Positions 36,858 through 46,316 of a stretch of DNA of 61,469 bases are shown here, piece by piece; position 1 is the stretch's first letter; the number at the start of each line of letters is the position of its first letter. Source of the DNA: an uncultured Pelagibacteraceae bacterium (lineage in GTDB: Bacteria > Pseudomonadota > Alphaproteobacteria > Pelagibacterales > AG-422-B15); assembly GCA_902565955.1 (NCBI GenBank), contig CACFGR010000001.1, positions 1 to 61,469 on the forward strand. The letters run 5' to 3'. The translations under genes and the position numbers were made by a program. Under the pieces are notes generated by a model, which saw only the letters and a list, made by a program, of their open reading frames with translations, was not told where the DNA came from and did not search any database.

Positions 36858-37841
36858 ATGTCTAATATTCAGATAAAGCATATATCTTGGGATTTAAATA
36901 AATCATTTAATATTTCTAGAGGTTCTAAAACTACAGCCGAAACAATTGAAGTACAGATAGAAAGTAATAATTTTTATGGTTATGGCGAGTGTGTTCCTTA
37001 TAAAAGGTATGATGAAACTATTGATAGCGTAACTTCGGAAATTAACAATTTAAAACCAGACATTGAAGAAGGTAATGTCAACTTAACTAATCTCGATAAT
37101 TTCATAAAAAATGGGGCAGCAAGAAATGCAATTGACTGTGCGATGTGGGATCTCGAATGTAAGATTAAAAATACCTCGATTTGGAAATTAATGGGAGTTA
37201 CAAAACCAACTACATTACCTGGCAGCTATACCGTAGTATTAGATGAGCCAGAAAAAATGATAGAGGATGTAAGTAATCATCTAGAATTTCCAACATTAAA
37301 ATTAAAAGTTAATAAAAACGATCTTCACCAAATCTTAACAAAAACAAGAGAGCTTTCTCCAAATAAAGTATTAATCGTTGATGCTAATGAGGCATTCAAT
37401 ATAGATGACTTAAAATCAAATGCTGATTTATTTGTAAAAACAAAGATTGATTTAATAGAACAACCACTGTTATCTGAAAATGATAATGAGCTAAAAGGAT
37501 TGAATTTTCCTATTTCTTTATGTGCAGATGAGTCATTCCATGACAGTTCTGATTTGGCAAAAGTGGCTCATAAATATAATACGATAAATATTAAACTCGA
37601 CAAAACCGGTGGTCTTTCAGAAGCAGTAAAAATAGTCGAAGAGGCAAAAAAGTTAGATCTAAAAATCATGCTTGGATGCATGGTCTCCAGCTCCTTATCA
37701 ATGTTGCCGTTATTGCCGCTATATGAAAACGCGGATTTTATAGATCTTGATGGACCTTGCTTTATAGCTAATGATAGAAAAAATGGACTTATTTATGAAA
37801 ACGGTATGATGCTAGTCAAGGAAGATCTTTGTTGGGGTTAA
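36858..37841 (+). CDS. Enolase-superfamily dipeptide epimerase-like enzyme (DgcA-like / L-Ala-D/L-Glu epimerase family)
   Basis: About 327 aa from the ATG at 36858. GYGECVPYKRY, LKLKV, VDANEAF, IEQPL and LCADES (metal ligands), plus KLDKTGG, fit the family. Confidence 0.7.
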   Translation: MSNIQIKHISWDLNKSFNISRGSKTTAETIEVQIESNNFYGYGECVPYKRYDETIDSVTSEINNLKPDIEEGNVNLTNLDNFIKNGAARNAIDCAMWDLECKIKNTSIWKLMGVTKPTTLPGSYTVVLDEPEKMIEDVSNHLEFPTLKLKVNKNDLHQILTKTRELSPNKVLIVDANEAFNIDDLKSNADLFVKTKIDLIEQPLLSENDNELKGLNFPISLCADESFHDSSDLAKVAHKYNTINIKLDKTGGLSEAVKIVEEAKKLDLKIMLGCMVSSSLSMLPLLPLYENADFIDLDGPCFIANDRKNGLIYENGMMLVKEDLCWG

Positions 37842-37842
37842 A

Positions 37843-38028
37843 TTATTTTTCTGCTTTTGGTGTAAATATTTTCTTTCCATTGTAAGTGCCGGTTGTCATA
37901 TCAACGTGATGAGAAAGTCTCATTTCACCAGACTCTTTATCTTCAATAAAATTTTTTCCCTTTAGACGTAAATGAGATCTTCTCATTCCTCTTTTGGAAT
38001 TCGATATCTTACTCTTTGGGACAGCCAT
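37843..38028 (-). CDS. rpmF: 50S ribosomal protein L32
   Basis: 61 aa. MAVPKSKISNSKRGMRRSH is the canonical L32 N-terminus. Confidence 0.95.
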   Translation of the reverse strand: MAVPKSKISNSKRGMRRSHLRLKGKNFIEDKESGEMRLSHHVDMTTGTYNGKKIFTPKAEK

Positions 38029-38039
38029 TTTATTTTCCT

Positions 38040-38504
38040 TTATAATTTAGTTGGATTTGGTTCATCTCCGTAAACTTCATCAGGATCAAAAACTTTCTCT
38101 TCTGTTGTGAACCTTAACCCAGACTTATTTGCAGTATCTTCTAAGTCAATTTCGCGGTAAAAACAAGACTTATAACCAACATGACAACTAGCGCCATTTT
38201 CTCCTATATCAACCTTCAAACAAAGGGCATCTTGATCATCATCAATTAGGATTTCCTTCACTTTTTGAGTATATCCACTTTTAGCTCCTTTATGCCATAA
38301 GGCATTTCGACTTCTGCTAAAGTAGAAAGCTTCTTTCGTTGTAATAGTTTTTTCAAGTGCCTCTTCATTCATAAAACCTGTCATTAAAATTTCATTAGTT
38401 CTATAGTCAACTGTTGTAACAACTATCAAACCATTATCATCGAATTTAGGGGCAAGTTCATTGCTCTCTTCAACCTGCTGTACTGATTGTCTTTTCTTAA
38501 ACAT
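38040..38504 (-). CDS. hisI: Phosphoribosyl-AMP cyclohydrolase (monofunctional)
   Basis: 154 aa. MTGFMNEEAL, ALWHKGAKSG, DDDQDALCLKV and NGASCHVGYKSCFYR are HisI motifs. Confidence 0.9.
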   Translation of the reverse strand: MFKKRQSVQQVEESNELAPKFDDNGLIVVTTVDYRTNEILMTGFMNEEALEKTITTKEAFYFSRSRNALWHKGAKSGYTQKVKEILIDDDQDALCLKVDIGENGASCHVGYKSCFYREIDLEDTANKSGLRFTTEEKVFDPDEVYGDEPNPTKL

Positions 38505-38578
38505 AATTTATACTTGTCAAATAATTTAGGGTGGGTTTAACTTAAAAAATTAAATAATTCAATTAATTAAACATAAAT

Positions 38579-39076
38579 ATGACAAACAATAAAGACCCTA
38601 TAAAACGTGTCAGAGCCCAAGGCGCTAGGACAACGTTTTTCCCTCCTTATGCCCTAATGATTGGATTGATAGCATCAAGCCTCCTTGACAGTTTTTTTAT
38701 ACATTTGCCTCTCTTTAAAGGAAGTATGATAGTTTTAATCATCGGATTAATTATTGCTGTTTCCTCTTTTTTAATGGCTATTTACACCTTAAAAATATTT
38801 TCTGATAATGAAGAAAACCCTCACCCAAAATCAGTTCAAAATCAATTGTTTGTTGGTGGAACATTCAAATATTCGAGAAATCCAATTTACTTAGCAATGG
38901 TAATAATTCTATTAAGTTGCGGACTTGCATTCAACTCATGGTGGTATGTAATTAGTGCGGCTATATCAATACCACTATTGACTTATGGAGTAATAATTCC
39001 AGAGGAAAAATATCTTGAAAAAGAATTCGGAAATGTTTACTTAGACTACAAGAAGTCAGTCAGAAGATGGCTTTGA
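38579..39076 (+). CDS. Isoprenylcysteine carboxyl / phospholipid methyltransferase family membrane protein
   Basis: 165 aa and about 4 TM helices. YSRNPIYLAMV and EEKYLEKEFG are typical of the ICMT/PEMT family. Confidence 0.6.
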   Translation: MTNNKDPIKRVRAQGARTTFFPPYALMIGLIASSLLDSFFIHLPLFKGSMIVLIIGLIIAVSSFLMAIYTLKIFSDNEENPHPKSVQNQLFVGGTFKYSRNPIYLAMVIILLSCGLAFNSWWYVISAAISIPLLTYGVIIPEEKYLEKEFGNVYLDYKKSVRRWL

Positions 39077-39098
39077 AATAACTTCATAAATTTAAAAT

Positions 39099-40328
39099 AT
39101 GTATAGCTTGCTTAAGGGAACATGGGCCCTATTTTTTGGTGTTGCAATGATAATGCTTGCGAATGGGCTTCAAGGTAGCTTGATTGGAGTTAGAGCATCA
39201 ATAGAAGGGTACTCCGCTGCATCAGCGGGTATTATACTTACTGGATATTATGCTGGATTCTTATCTGGAGCCCTCTTGATACCTCGTCGCATAAAAAGTG
39301 TTGGACATGTAAGAATGTTTGCAGCTCTTGCATCAATTGCTTCTATCTCAATTCTCTTGCATTCAATTCATGTAAGTTTCTTTGGATGGTTTTTAATGCG
39401 TTTTATATCTGGAATGTGTTTTGTAGGCATGTACACCGTTGCAGAAAGTTGGATCAATGACCTTTCGGAAAATAATAATAGAGGTAAAGCTTTATCTATT
39501 TATATGATGGTTAGCATGGCTGGAAGTGCGGTAGGTCAGTTATTTCTTAATATAGCAAATCCAGAGACCGCATCTTTGTTCATGCTCGTTTCAATTCTAA
39601 TTTCCATATCTCTCGTACCAATATTAATTGTTGTAAGTAAACAGCCAGATTTTAGTGTTACTGAGTTTTTAAATGTCAGACAGCTTTATGAAGCATCGCC
39701 TCTTGGAGTAATTGCCGCTATGATGACGGGTTTGGCTCATGGAACTCTTTGGGGTATCGGAACCATATATGGTTTAAAAAGTGGGCTTTCAATTGAGCAA
39801 GTATCAATTTTTATGTTTACATTTATTATTGGAGGAGCACTAAATCAGTATCTTATCGGCTATTTGTCAGATACGTATGATAGAAGAACAATTATCGTAA
39901 TTGTTGCTTTTTTAGCTGGTGTCTTCTCTATTTTAGCTCTAATTTTTGGTAATACTTTTTCTGTTCTCGTAGCAATTACTTTCATATTTGGAGGCCTGAC
40001 TGTACCTCTTTATGCACTTTCGATTGCACATACAAATGACTTTTTGTCAAAAAGAGAAATGGTTGCAGCAAGCTCAGGGCTTCAACTGGCAGGAGGTATA
40101 GGCCTTACAATTGGACCTATCTTAGGAGGGCTGGCAATCGATATAATTGGAGCTTCAGGTTTTTGGATATATTTATTCCTAATTCACACCAGCCTAGGTT
40201 TGTTTGGGTTATACAGAATGACGATCAGAACTGCTGTTCCATTAGAAGATCAAGGAAGCACTGTGCTTGTAAGCAGCAGAGCTTCGCCTGTTTCTATGGA
40301 ATTGTATCCAGACGCTGAAGAGGGTTAA
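39099..40328 (+). CDS. MFS transporter
   Basis: 409 aa and about 12 TM helices, with an MFS-like loop motif after TM2 (PRRIKSVGHVRM). Confidence 0.75.
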   Translation: MYSLLKGTWALFFGVAMIMLANGLQGSLIGVRASIEGYSAASAGIILTGYYAGFLSGALLIPRRIKSVGHVRMFAALASIASISILLHSIHVSFFGWFLMRFISGMCFVGMYTVAESWINDLSENNNRGKALSIYMMVSMAGSAVGQLFLNIANPETASLFMLVSILISISLVPILIVVSKQPDFSVTEFLNVRQLYEASPLGVIAAMMTGLAHGTLWGIGTIYGLKSGLSIEQVSIFMFTFIIGGALNQYLIGYLSDTYDRRTIIVIVAFLAGVFSILALIFGNTFSVLVAITFIFGGLTVPLYALSIAHTNDFLSKREMVAASSGLQLAGGIGLTIGPILGGLAIDIIGASGFWIYLFLIHTSLGLFGLYRMTIRTAVPLEDQGSTVLVSSRASPVSMELYPDAEEG

Positions 40329-40329
40329 T

Positions 40330-41187
40330 TTAAATAGACTTCAACCAATTATCTATATTTTCACTTATTTCATAAGGTGAGTCTTCTTGAACAAAATGGT
40401 TACCTTTTACAGTCGCTTCGGATTGATTTTTAAATTTTCTGCAAAATTCAATTAGAGGCTTTGGCATTAAACGGCCTGGCTCTGCAATGATTAAAAGTTT
40501 TGGTATTTCTGTCTCCATCATAAAAGATAGATTTTTTTTAACTTCTTCATGGACGTGCTTAGGTTCTTTATCAATTGGTATTTGTCGCGGCCAGTCCAAA
40601 GTTGGTCTTCTATCCTCCCCAGGATTAAGAAACGGTTTTCTATAAACAGCCATAGTTTCTTCACTTAGAGGAGTAATTGGGTCTGTTCCCAACATTTTTT
40701 CAACAAAGAAATTTTCTTCTAAAACCTTTTTGTCACCTTTTTCCGACCTTAGCATCATAAATAAACTTTTGAGCGGTTCTTGCATTTCTTCAGATTTAAT
40801 CGGCGCAATAACTGTTTCAAAATAACATATGCCTCTTACTTTATCTGAATTCTCTCTCGCCCATTTAATACTTAATGGTCCTCCCCAGTCTTGTCCTACT
40901 AGGGTAATTTTTTCATTTAAATTTAGACTTTTTATTAATTCAGATAAGTATTCAAAATGAGTATCAAATGTATAAGTCATGTGACCAGGATTATCTAACT
41001 TATCAGAGTCACCCATACCAATCATATCTGCCGCAATACATCTGTAACCACTATTTAAGTTTTTAATAATATTTCTATACAAATAGGATGAGCTTGGGTT
41101 TCCGTGAAAGAAGATTATCGGATCACCTGTGCCAGTGTCAACATATGCAATTTTTTTATTTTTATGAGTAAAAAATTTTTTATCCAT
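40330..41187 (-). CDS. Haloalkane dehalogenase (alpha/beta hydrolase)
   Basis: FHGNPSSSYLYRN and the nucleophile context LVGQDWGG are hallmark HLD motifs. I set the start at the ATG at 41187 (MDKKFF), which gives a TGATG overlap with the nitroreductase stop. Confidence 0.8.
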   Translation of the reverse strand: MDKKFFTHKNKKIAYVDTGTGDPIIFFHGNPSSSYLYRNIIKNLNSGYRCIAADMIGMGDSDKLDNPGHMTYTFDTHFEYLSELIKSLNLNEKITLVGQDWGGPLSIKWARENSDKVRGICYFETVIAPIKSEEMQEPLKSLFMMLRSEKGDKKVLEENFFVEKMLGTDPITPLSEETMAVYRKPFLNPGEDRRPTLDWPRQIPIDKEPKHVHEEVKKNLSFMMETEIPKLLIIAEPGRLMPKPLIEFCRKFKNQSEATVKGNHFVQEDSPYEISENIDNWLKSI

Positions 41188-41849
41188 CACTTCTTTATAA
41201 ATGTACACCAATCTTCTGGTGATCTTCTCTTAGTTTTATAATTGTTCAATGGCGAAGAAACATCCCTGTATCCAATTGCCATACCACAGAATAACATGAG
41301 ATCAGGGTCAGCTTCAACAAATTCGGATACCATTTTCTGCCTAAGTGACCAAGATTCCTGAGCACAAGTATCAATTCCTTCTTCTTGAGCAAGTAGCATA
41401 AATGTCTGTAGGAACATTCCTAAATCTGACCACTGAGGTTGGTTCATCTGGCGGTCTACAAAACAGAATAATGCTGCTGGTGCACCAAAAAAAGTGAAAT
41501 TTTTAAGCATTTGATCTACCCTTGCTTGCGAATCTGATCTTTCAATTCCAATAGAACCATATAACTGTTCACCAACTTCAAACCGTGAGGTTCTATAAGG
41601 CTCTTTTAGTTTTGCAGGATAAATTGGGTACTCGGGTGTATCTGTGCCCTTCCATTTATTCTGAAATTCAAGAAAACGTTTCATTGAGTTCCCATTAATT
41701 ATAAATATTCTCCATGGCTGTAAGTTTCCTCCCGATGGGGATCTAGAAGACTTATAAATTAGGCTTTCTAGTATTTGATTTGATACCTGTTTTTTTGTAA
41801 AAGCTCTAACTGATTGGCGATTGTTTACGGCCTCTGAAACGGTTGTCAT
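41187..41849 (-). CDS. Nitroreductase family protein (FMN-dependent)
   Basis: 220 aa. NRQSVRAF near the N-terminus and SGGNLQPW are typical nitroreductase motifs. Confidence 0.8.
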   Translation of the reverse strand: MTTVSEAVNNRQSVRAFTKKQVSNQILESLIYKSSRSPSGGNLQPWRIFIINGNSMKRFLEFQNKWKGTDTPEYPIYPAKLKEPYRTSRFEVGEQLYGSIGIERSDSQARVDQMLKNFTFFGAPAALFCFVDRQMNQPQWSDLGMFLQTFMLLAQEEGIDTCAQESWSLRQKMVSEFVEADPDLMLFCGMAIGYRDVSSPLNNYKTKRRSPEDWCTFIKK

Positions 41850-41977
41850 AATTTAATTTTTATTCTTTTTTTTTCATGAAGTTTTTTTTTATTTGCGACC
41901 TGTTTTGGTCTAAACTTATCTGTCCTTAACTGTCTTGCAATAGGATTGCTTTTTAATTTACTTTTTTTCTTTTTCAT
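41846..41977 (-). CDS. Unlisted 43-aa highly basic small ORF (ArfA-like motif?)
   Basis: Below the 60-aa track cutoff. It translates to MKKKKSKLKSNPIARQLRTDKFRPKQVANKKKLHEKKRIKIKL. Its TGA overlaps the nitroreductase ATG (ATGA), and it fills an otherwise empty 131-nt gap between same-strand genes. Confidence 0.45.
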   Translation of the reverse strand: MKKKKSKLKSNPIARQLRTDKFRPKQVANKKKLHEKKRIKIKL

Positions 41978-41980
41978 TCT

Positions 41981-42736
41981 TTACAGAAGCACACTGCCTC
42001 CATCTACCATCAAGGTTTGTCCTGTAACGAATTTACTTTGATCACTTGCAAGATAAAGAACGGTTCCATATATATCATCAACTTCAAGTGTCTTTTGTAA
42101 TATCTGTCCTTTAGAAATAACCTCAAAACCACGTTCTGCTTTTTCTCCTAAAAATTCCTTTGCCGACTCAGTTCTTACCATAGATGGTGCTACTGCATTT
42201 ACACGAATGTTATCTTTTCCCATTTCTCTCGCCATAACCCGAGTTAGTCCAATAACGGCAGCTTTTGATGTAGCGTAATCTGCAGCGTAAGGCATGCCAA
42301 ATTTAGCTGCTAGAGAAGCGATATTTATTATTGAACCACTTTTGCTTTCTCTCATTATTGGAGATATTGCTCTGCAGCAATTCCAAAGTCCTTTCACATT
42401 AACATTCATCGCTTTGTCCCATTGATCTGGATCAATATCTTCAAATCGTGAACTTTTTAGTGCTCCATATAGTGCAGCGTTATTTACCAATACGTCTATT
42501 TTAGAAAATTTATCAACAGCCTTCGCCATCATATTGTTGCATGAGTTTATATCCGTCACATCAAGATTTAGACTCAAAAATTTATCTGTAACTTCACTCA
42601 CCTTTTTTTCTGTCTCAGAACAATCAGATATATCTGCAAAAATGATATTTGCTCCAGCTTTTGCAAATTCAAGTGAATATTTCTGTCCCAGACCTCTTGC
42701 GGCACCTGTAACAATAATTGTTTTATCTTTGATCAT
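41981..42736 (-). CDS. Short-chain dehydrogenase/reductase (SDR)
   Basis: 251 aa. TGAARGLG, NNAA and the YATSKAA catalytic motif are present. Confidence 0.85.
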   Translation of the reverse strand: MIKDKTIIVTGAARGLGQKYSLEFAKAGANIIFADISDCSETEKKVSEVTDKFLSLNLDVTDINSCNNMMAKAVDKFSKIDVLVNNAALYGALKSSRFEDIDPDQWDKAMNVNVKGLWNCCRAISPIMRESKSGSIINIASLAAKFGMPYAADYATSKAAVIGLTRVMAREMGKDNIRVNAVAPSMVRTESAKEFLGEKAERGFEVISKGQILQKTLEVDDIYGTVLYLASDQSKFVTGQTLMVDGGSVLL

Positions 42737-43253
42737 AAATATCTTCTAGCTCCTCTATACTCATTTCAAATAATATTTTCTTTACGATATTATATGAAAA
42801 ACCTGCTCTTGACAAAACTCCAAGTTCTCTCATTTTTATTTTTTCTGTAAGTTCATTTTTTCTATAAGGTCCTATAGATTTCTTTTTCGCTAACTTGCAA
42901 GCTGCTATAAGATCAATATTTTTAACTGAATCTCTTATGTTCTGTATTGCATCAATAATTATATTATCCTTTACGTTTAGTTCCTTAAGTTTGAATTCAA
43001 TTTTTTTTAGTGACCAACCCTTATTTAGATAATTCCTAATTTTACCCTCAGAAAATAGCTGATCATTAAGAATTTTTTGCCTTTCTAAAGAACAAATTAT
43101 TTCATTGATAATTTCCTCTGAGTTAATACTTAGATGGCTATCTTTAACTTTTCGTCTTAGATAAATTCTTAAGTTTTCTGAGCTTGATGCGTATCTTTGT
43201 AAGTACCATAAAGCTTTTGACTCAATTTCATTATAATTAGATTTATTTTTCAT
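42723..43253 (-). CDS. recX: RecA regulator RecX
   Basis: 176 aa. ALWYLQRYASSSENLRIYLRRKV and the repeated helical modules resemble RecX. Confidence 0.65.
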   Translation of the reverse strand: MKNKSNYNEIESKALWYLQRYASSSENLRIYLRRKVKDSHLSINSEEIINEIICSLERQKILNDQLFSEGKIRNYLNKGWSLKKIEFKLKELNVKDNIIIDAIQNIRDSVKNIDLIAACKLAKKKSIGPYRKNELTEKIKMRELGVLSRAGFSYNIVKKILFEMSIEELEDIYDQR

Positions 43254-44379
43254 TAACTATCTGAATAATTTTTTCTGCTGCCATTATACTTGGTGTACTT
43301 TGAGATTTGAGTTTCGCAGCAGCTTCACTTGCATTTGATAGAACTTCTTGAAGGTAATCATTATCATCTAAAAATTTTTTTAAATAATACATAATATTAT
43401 CTTTATTACTTTTACTTTGTAGCAGTTCAGGAATGATAAATTTCCCTTGAATAATATTAATCAAATTACCCATTCTAGTTTTAATAAGAAATTGCAGTAT
43501 AAAGTAGGTTACAGGATTGAATTTATATGCTGTCACATAAGGTGTATTAAAATATGAAACTTCTAGAGCTGCTGTTCCTGAGGTCACAATAGCAAGCTTA
43601 GCATGATAGTAATAAGAGTATTTAATCTGCTCATCTAGAATTATTTTTATTCTATTTTGTAAACCGAATTGACTTAAGATATTTTCTACATAAAAAGTCA
43701 TTTCTTTTGTAATTGGCATTACAAGTTCATATTTATCATCTAACTTCATGGCTTTTATTACTTCTAAGTAAGTCGGCAAAAGAGATACAACTTCCTTTTT
43801 TCTACTTCCCGGCAAAATTAAGAAAACATCTCTATCTTCTTCAGTAATTTGATTGTTTTTGAAGTTTTCAATATTTATCTCTGTTATCGGATGACCCACA
43901 AAAGTTGTCGGCACTTCATATTTCTCAAATATTTTCCTCTCAAAGGGCAGAATTGTAAGTAAGTGGTCTACTGATTTTTTTACTGTATGGACACGTCCAG
44001 GCCTCCATGCCCAAACGCTAGGAGCCACATAATGAAGAATTTTTAATTTATTGTTTCGTTTTTTTATCCGTTCTGCAATTCTTAATGTAAAATCCGGACT
44101 ATCAACTGTGAAAATAATATCAGGATCAAGTTCAATAATTTGATTAACCACTGATTTTATTATGCGATTTATTTTTAATATCTTAGGAATAACTTCAATT
44201 AATCCCATGACGTTAATGTCTGATATATCAAAAAATTTTTGAATACCCTCTTTTTCAAGAGCTCTTCCACCAATACCGAAAATTTTAAGAGGCTCATTTG
44301 AAATTTTTTTTAGTTCTTTTAAGGCTGATGCGGCTAATTTATCGCCAGACTCTTCACCGGTTATTACTACAATCTTCAT
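43243..44379 (-). CDS. lpxB: Lipid-A-disaccharide synthase
   Basis: 378 aa. MKIVVITGEESGD, MGLIEVIPK, DSPDFTL, YVAPSVWAWRPGR, LPGSRKKEV and SGTAALE are LpxB motifs. Confidence 0.9.
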   Translation of the reverse strand: MKIVVITGEESGDKLAASALKELKKISNEPLKIFGIGGRALEKEGIQKFFDISDINVMGLIEVIPKILKINRIIKSVVNQIIELDPDIIFTVDSPDFTLRIAERIKKRNNKLKILHYVAPSVWAWRPGRVHTVKKSVDHLLTILPFERKIFEKYEVPTTFVGHPITEINIENFKNNQITEEDRDVFLILPGSRKKEVVSLLPTYLEVIKAMKLDDKYELVMPITKEMTFYVENILSQFGLQNRIKIILDEQIKYSYYYHAKLAIVTSGTAALEVSYFNTPYVTAYKFNPVTYFILQFLIKTRMGNLINIIQGKFIIPELLQSKSNKDNIMYYLKKFLDDNDYLQEVLSNASEAAAKLKSQSTPSIMAAEKIIQIVNEK

Positions 44380-44420
44380 TTTACTATTTGATCTAATTGT
44401 TTATATTTATACCATTATAT

Positions 44421-45008
44421 ATGTCTAAAAACGTAACATTTTGCTTTGATTTTGGAAGTCCTTACTCTTACCTAGCCTACAATAATCTTAAAGTAATTAA
44501 AGACGAAGGAGCAGAAATTGAAATTATGCCTGTTCTATTAGGAGGCATATTTAAAGCTACAGGAAATCAACCGCCTGCAACTGTCCAAAAAAAGGGGGAA
44601 TATATGTTTAAAGATATTACTCGTTGGACAAAAACACTCAATATTCCATTTAAGATGAATCCCTATTTTCCAATATTAACAGTGCCTCACATGCGAGGGG
44701 CGGTCTTAGCCCAAAAAAATGATATTTTAGAAAATTACATGCAAGTTATGTTTGAGTCTATTTGGACAAAAGCAATGAATCTTAATGATCAGGAACTTCT
44801 GACTCAAGTTGCTACTGAATCTGGAATGGATGCAAATAGTTTTGCTGAAGGAATTTCAAGTGATGAAATTAAAAATAAATTAAGAGAGAATACTGAATTT
44901 GCTATTAATAAAGGAGCGTTTGGAGTACCAACATTTTACATCGATGATGAAATGTATTGGGGCATTGACAGTATGAAATTTCTTGTTGAATATTTAAAAA
45001 ATCAATAA
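44421..45008 (+). CDS. 2-hydroxychromene-2-carboxylate isomerase family protein (DsbA-like thioredoxin fold)
   Basis: About 195 aa from the ATG at 44421. FCFDFGSPYSYLA and GAFGVPTFYIDDEMYWG are family hallmarks. Confidence 0.8.
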   Translation: MSKNVTFCFDFGSPYSYLAYNNLKVIKDEGAEIEIMPVLLGGIFKATGNQPPATVQKKGEYMFKDITRWTKTLNIPFKMNPYFPILTVPHMRGAVLAQKNDILENYMQVMFESIWTKAMNLNDQELLTQVATESGMDANSFAEGISSDEIKNKLRENTEFAINKGAFGVPTFYIDDEMYWGIDSMKFLVEYLKNQ

Positions 45009-45821
45009 TTAGCCGTTATCCTCTTCATTATAATTACGAGCAATAATAGCTCCTAAACCAGGGAAATATCTTGATATATATAATGCTATTTTTGGAAAGC
45101 TTATTCTAGGAACAATATAAGCTTCTCTTTTATTTGCCTCTATTGATTTAATAATCATTTCTGAGGCTTTATCCAAATCCATACCTTGACTTTCATGGCC
45201 TCTATCATTAGCGCCATAAGGAGTGCCGTCTCCAGTTAAGGCTTTCATACCTATCTCAGTGTTAACAAATCCTGGAGCGACAGTATTAACTTTAATATTA
45301 TGTTCATGAACTTCAGCTCGAAGGGAGTCCATAAAACCGTGCAATGCATGTTTAGATGAAGCATATACAGTTCTTTTTTTTGATCCAAATTTGCCAGACA
45401 AACTGGTGTTCGTTACAATCTGACCTTTTTTATTTGATATCATTTGTGGCAGCAAACACTTAGTTAATTTAACAACAGAGAGAAAATTTAGATTCATAAC
45501 TTGTGTGTACACATTAAAATCTGTTTCATTTGCCGCAGAATATGCAGATACTCCCGCATTATTAAAGAGTATATCTATTGATCCAACCTCACGAGTAACT
45601 CTACTAACTAAATCATCAATAGACTCCAATTTTGAGAGATCGTGATCAAAAATATGTGCTTTTGCATTTCCACATTCTTTTTTTACTTCCTCTAATTTAT
45701 CTCTATTTCGCGCAGTTAATATTAATTCTGCACCTAATTTTGATAACTTAATTGCTACTGATCGACCAATGCCAGATGAAGCGCCTGTAACCCATATTCT
45801 TTTATTATGAAAATAGTTCAT
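45009..45821 (-). CDS. Short-chain dehydrogenase/reductase (SDR)
   Basis: VTGASSGIGRS, NNAG and YASSKHA are present. I set the start at the ATG at 45821 (MNYFHNKRIWVTG) to avoid overlapping the divergent GNAT gene. Confidence 0.85.
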   Translation of the reverse strand: MNYFHNKRIWVTGASSGIGRSVAIKLSKLGAELILTARNRDKLEEVKKECGNAKAHIFDHDLSKLESIDDLVSRVTREVGSIDILFNNAGVSAYSAANETDFNVYTQVMNLNFLSVVKLTKCLLPQMISNKKGQIVTNTSLSGKFGSKKRTVYASSKHALHGFMDSLRAEVHEHNIKVNTVAPGFVNTEIGMKALTGDGTPYGANDRGHESQGMDLDKASEMIIKSIEANKREAYIVPRISFPKIALYISRYFPGLGAIIARNYNEEDNG

Positions 45822-45842
45822 AGAATTATATAATCTAACATT

Positions 45843-46316
45843 ATGCAACTGAGACTAGCAAGAAATAAAGACGGAAATCAAATAATCAGCTTAATAAAAA
45901 AGTGCTATAAAGATTATAAAAATTGTTACCTTGATGTAGACAATGATTCTCCAGAGTTAAGAGGTGTCTATTCTTACTATAAAAAAAATAGAGGAAAGTT
46001 CTGGGTATACGTTGATAAAAATAAAATTATCGGATGCATGGGTTATCTACCTCATGAAAAAAATAACTTAGAAATACATAAGCTATATATAGATAAAAAT
46101 TATCGAATGAAGGGCATGGCAAAAAAGCTAATGTTAAAGATTGAGAATATTGCAAAGAAACATAAAAAAAGAAAGATAGTGTTATGGACTGATACTAGAT
46201 TCAAGGAAGCTCATAAAATGTATAAAAAATTAAATTATATAAAAATGCCGAAAACAAGAAAGTTAAATGACATTAGCAATACAACTGAATATGCCTTCCA
46301 AAAAGTAATTAATTAG
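45843..46316 (+). CDS. GNAT family N-acetyltransferase
   Basis: 157 aa. IHKLYIDKNYRMKGMAKKLM is an acetyl-CoA binding motif A-like segment. Confidence 0.7.
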   Translation: MQLRLARNKDGNQIISLIKKCYKDYKNCYLDVDNDSPELRGVYSYYKKNRGKFWVYVDKNKIIGCMGYLPHEKNNLEIHKLYIDKNYRMKGMAKKLMLKIENIAKKHKKRKIVLWTDTRFKEAHKMYKKLNYIKMPKTRKLNDISNTTEYAFQKVIN

